The translations under genes were made by a program, and so were the position numbers. Shown piece by piece: positions 61,178 through 64,000 of a DNA stretch of 64,000 nt; position 1 is the first letter of the stretch; each line of letters starts with the position of its first letter. The notes beneath the pieces are model-generated. The model made no database searches. It was not told where the DNA came from and saw only the letters and a program-made list of their open reading frames with translations. Source of the DNA: Candidatus Eiseniibacteriota bacterium (lineage in GTDB: Bacteria; Eisenbacteria; RBG-16-71-46; CAZAMP01); NCBI GenBank assembly GCA_965224245.1, contig OZ245046.1, positions 5,120,001 through 5,184,000 on the forward strand. The letters run 5' to 3'.

Positions 61178-63046
61178 GTGCACACTTCCAGACCGCCAGC
61201 TGAACGATCCGGTCCATCGCGCCCGGGCTCGTGGCCGCGCCTCGCACGCGGGCGAGGCCTCGGCGGAGCGGTGTCGCGACCGGCCTGGCTCGCCCTGCTC
61301 GCCCTTCTCGTCCTCGTCGGCTGGACGTATGCACGCGTGGGGACCCTGGGGTTCGTCTACGACGATCATCGGCTCGTCGAGCTGAACCCCCTCCTCGCCG
61401 AGGGCGCGGACCCGTGGCGGTTCCTGACCACCGGTCTCTCGGGCACCGACGAGTGGAAGCTGTATCGGCCGGTCACCGGGATCTCGTGGTGGATTGATCG
61501 CGCGCTGTTCGGAACCGGCCCGGCTCCGCTCCACGTGATCAACGTGCTCTGGCATCTGGTGGCGGTGCTCGCGCTCGTGTGGTGCGTGAGCGAGCTCGTG
61601 CGCGCCGACCGCGCGACGGACCCGGCAGACGGCCGGGACGTCCGCGACGCGCGGGCTCGATCCCGTCCGGTGCCGCCGGTCGCGCTCGCCGCCGGCGCGC
61701 TGTTCGCGGTGCATCCGCTGAACAGCGAGCCCGTGCTCTGGATCAGTCGCCGGGCCGACCTGATGGTCGGGGGGTTCACCCTTCTGGCGCTGGCCGGGCT
61801 CGTCCGCGGGTGTCGACGGGGCGCGCCCGGGTGGCTCGGCGTGAGCGCCGGGTGCTCGGCCCTGGCCCTGGGCGCCAAGGAGATCGGGCTCGTGCTGCCG
61901 GTGCTCCTCGCGGTGGCCGTGATCGCGCTCCGGGGAGTGGACCGCTGCCGCTGCGTGTCGTGGCTCCTGCCCGCGGCCGTGGCCGGCATGGTCGGTGCCC
62001 TGGCCCTGGTCCGGCTGCGTCTCTTCGGGACGGTGGCCGGGCAGCCGGTGGCGTTCGTCCAGAATCCGCTCAGTGAGCTGGATCTCGGCGAGCGGCTCCT
62101 CGCGGCCGTCGGGCTGGTCGCGCACTACGCCCGTCTCGTCGTGTGGCCGCGACCGATGTCCGCCGACTACTCGTGGCGATCGCTGGAGCTCGGCCCCGTC
62201 TGGAGCGGCCTGGGGATCGGGCTCGTCCTCGCGGCCGTGCTCGCCTTCGTGTGGGGATGGCGACGCTCACGGGCGGTCGCGATCGGCGTCGCGCTTCTCG
62301 TGATCACGTACCTGCCGATCTCCAACGCCGTCGTGCCGATCGGAGCGGCGTTCGCGGAGCGGTTCGCCTACCTCCCGCTCGCGGGGCTGCTGGCGGCGAT
62401 GGCGGCACGGGTCGCCCACGCGGCATCGCGCGTCACACTGGTGCAACGAGCGCCGGACACGGAATCCGGCATCCCCGGAATGCGTGATGCGCGCGCCGGC
62501 GATCGCCTCCGCGGCGCCGTGCGGGGGGGGGTCCTCGTCGTGGCCCTGGCCTCGTGCGCGGTAACGACGCACCGGCGGGTGGACGACTGGCGGACCGACG
62601 GCACGCTCTTCGCAGCGGCGCTCGAGGCCTATCCGCGGAACATCGTCGCGCGAACGTACGTGGCCATCGACGCGCGGAGCGAGGGGCGGCTGGGGGAGGC
62701 CATCGCTCACTACGACCGGATCCTCGAGCTGTACCCCGACTACAGCCTGGCCCGCGTGAACCGGGCGCTCATCGAGCTCGAGCGCGGCAACGCCGCGCGG
62801 GCGGCCAGCGAGATGCGATGGGTGACCGAGCGCGAGCCGGGCCCGGGCGCCGCGCATTACGTGTACGGGCTGGCCGAGGAGCAGCTGGGCCACCTCGACG
62901 CGGCCGAGCGCGAGCTCTGGCTGGCCGCACGCGACCGGCGCACGCGGGGCGATGCGCTCGGCGCCCTGGCCCGTCTGTACCGCCGGCTCGGGGACGAGGC
63001 CGGTCTCCGGCGGGTCCAGCAGGCCCTGAAATCTGGACAGGACTGA
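61178..63046 (+). CDS. TMTC-like GT-C membrane protein with C-terminal TPR repeats (start uncertain)
   Basis: GFVYDD…NP, YRPV, LFAVHPL..EPV.WIS.RADL, KE, LVVWP..MSADYS, AERFAYLP, W…LF, followed by TPRs. Confidence 0.85.
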   Translation: MHTSRPPAERSGPSRPGSWPRLARGRGLGGAVSRPAWLALLALLVLVGWTYARVGTLGFVYDDHRLVELNPLLAEGADPWRFLTTGLSGTDEWKLYRPVTGISWWIDRALFGTGPAPLHVINVLWHLVAVLALVWCVSELVRADRATDPADGRDVRDARARSRPVPPVALAAGALFAVHPLNSEPVLWISRRADLMVGGFTLLALAGLVRGCRRGAPGWLGVSAGCSALALGAKEIGLVLPVLLAVAVIALRGVDRCRCVSWLLPAAVAGMVGALALVRLRLFGTVAGQPVAFVQNPLSELDLGERLLAAVGLVAHYARLVVWPRPMSADYSWRSLELGPVWSGLGIGLVLAAVLAFVWGWRRSRAVAIGVALLVITYLPISNAVVPIGAAFAERFAYLPLAGLLAAMAARVAHAASRVTLVQRAPDTESGIPGMRDARAGDRLRGAVRGGVLVVALASCAVTTHRRVDDWRTDGTLFAAALEAYPRNIVARTYVAIDARSEGRLGEAIAHYDRILELYPDYSLARVNRALIELERGNAARAASEMRWVTEREPGPGAAHYVYGLAEEQLGHLDAAERELWLAARDRRTRGDALGALARLYRRLGDEAGLRRVQQALKSGQD

Positions 63047-63370
63047 TCAGTCTCACCACCGGGCCGCACCGCGTGGCGATTCGAACGACGTTCTCGCTTG
63101 CGCCGCGCCCGGAACCTGACATTCTGTCTCGTGCACGACGTCCGCCGGCCGCGTCGTCGGCGGGTCGGGGCATGAAAGAGGCCCGGGGTGGAAGTGAGTG
63201 CGGATCCGGGTGCCCAAACCGAGACCTTCACTCGTGGCATCCACCCCGGGCCAGGGTCCCCGGTAGCGGCACCAGGTTCCCGTCCGTGGTCCCGACGGCG
63301 CGGGCCGTGCCGGCCCACCACCTATCGGCGACGCTCCGTTCGATCGCTCCGCGCGTGGCGCGCGAGCACG

Positions 63371-64000
63371 CTAGCGCTTCAAGAGCTCACGCTTCTCGAC
63401 CTCTCTCTTCAGCACGTCGCGGTTCAGCACGGTGAACTCCACGCGGCGGTTCTGCGCGCGTCCAGCCGGTGTCTCGTTCGACGCGATGGGCTGGCTCTCG
63501 CCGTAGCCGCGTACGGTGAACTGACCCGCGCGGATGTTCGGGTAGCGGCGAATGAGGTAGTCCAGGACCGCCTGTGCACGGCGCTCCGACAATCCCTGAT
63601 TCAGCTCGACCGAGCCCCGACTGTCGGTGTGTCCGCCGATCTCGATCCGGAGCTCCGGCCACTGCACGAGCGTGCGGCCGATGTCGTCGAGGATCGCGCC
63701 CGACGACTCCTCGAGATCCGCCTTGCCGCTCGCGAAACGGATGTCCGACGACCGGATGACACCGGTGTCGAGGAAGACGGTCTCGGTGGCCGTGATCTCG
63801 ATCGGGCATCCGCGCTCGTCCACCTCGAGGTCGACCGGTGTGTTCGCACACAGATCGATGCCGTCGTAGACGCCGTCGCCGTCCGCATCGGACGGGCATC
63901 CGGTCGCGTCGACGGACGCGCCGCGGGGCGTGTCGGCGCAGCGGTCGATGCCGTCGACGACGCCGTCACCGTCGCCGTCGCGGGGGCAGCCCGACGCATC
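63371..64000 (-). CDS. OmpA family protein with thrombospondin type-3-like Ca-binding repeats (5' truncated by window edge)
   Basis: DGDGDGVVDGIDRCADTP…GCP repeats, then GGHTDSRG…NQGLSERRA…NRRVEF. Confidence 0.9.
   Translation of the reverse strand, partial: DASGCPRDGDGDGVVDGIDRCADTPRGASVDATGCPSDADGDGVYDGIDLCANTPVDLEVDERGCPIEITATETVFLDTGVIRSSDIRFASGKADLEESSGAILDDIGRTLVQWPELRIEIGGHTDSRGSVELNQGLSERRAQAVLDYLIRRYPNIRAGQFTVRGYGESQPIASNETPAGRAQNRRVEFTVLNRDVLKREVEKRELLKR

Noticed and set aside
1-64000. tRNA, rRNA, reverse transcriptase, restriction-modification or other recognisable defence genes
   Set aside because: No matching motifs found by eye; small RNAs could have been missed without covariance searches.

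Overview
A 64-kb, very GC-rich, gene-dense chromosomal segment from a diderm bacterium. Five secreted proteins with FlgD-Ig/T9SS-type-A-like C-terminal tails and one PEP-CTERM protein suggest an FCB-group or related candidate lineage (inference only). About 50 genes can be read. Housekeeping and metabolic: type III glutamine synthetase (partial), RNase HI, oligopeptidase A, Hsp33, phhA, thrS, pyrF, pckA, a fused fungal-type homoaconitase and an M20 dipeptidase. Envelope and regulation: an OmpR-family two-component pair with OmpA and Spy/CpxP-like lipoproteins, two paralogous ECF sigma factors, and a polyprenol-phosphate glycosylation set (GT2, flippase-like, GT39/83, GT87, TMTC-like). The most notable signals are: (1) three tandem hcp genes with no other T6SS gene in the window, two of them from a near-perfect ~620-bp duplication; (2) a probable selenoprotein split by the ORF track, a UshA-like lipoprotein with C-P-[TGA] and a SECIS-like hairpin; (3) an uncharacterised HTH-like protein divergent from a secreted HAF-repeat protein across a 41-bp AT-rich palindrome; (4) a small lower-GC islet with its own palindromic operator; (5) a frameshifted cation/H+ antiporter. 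I found no rRNA, tRNA, CRISPR array, transposase or integrase. All family calls come from motif recognition by eye, not database searches.
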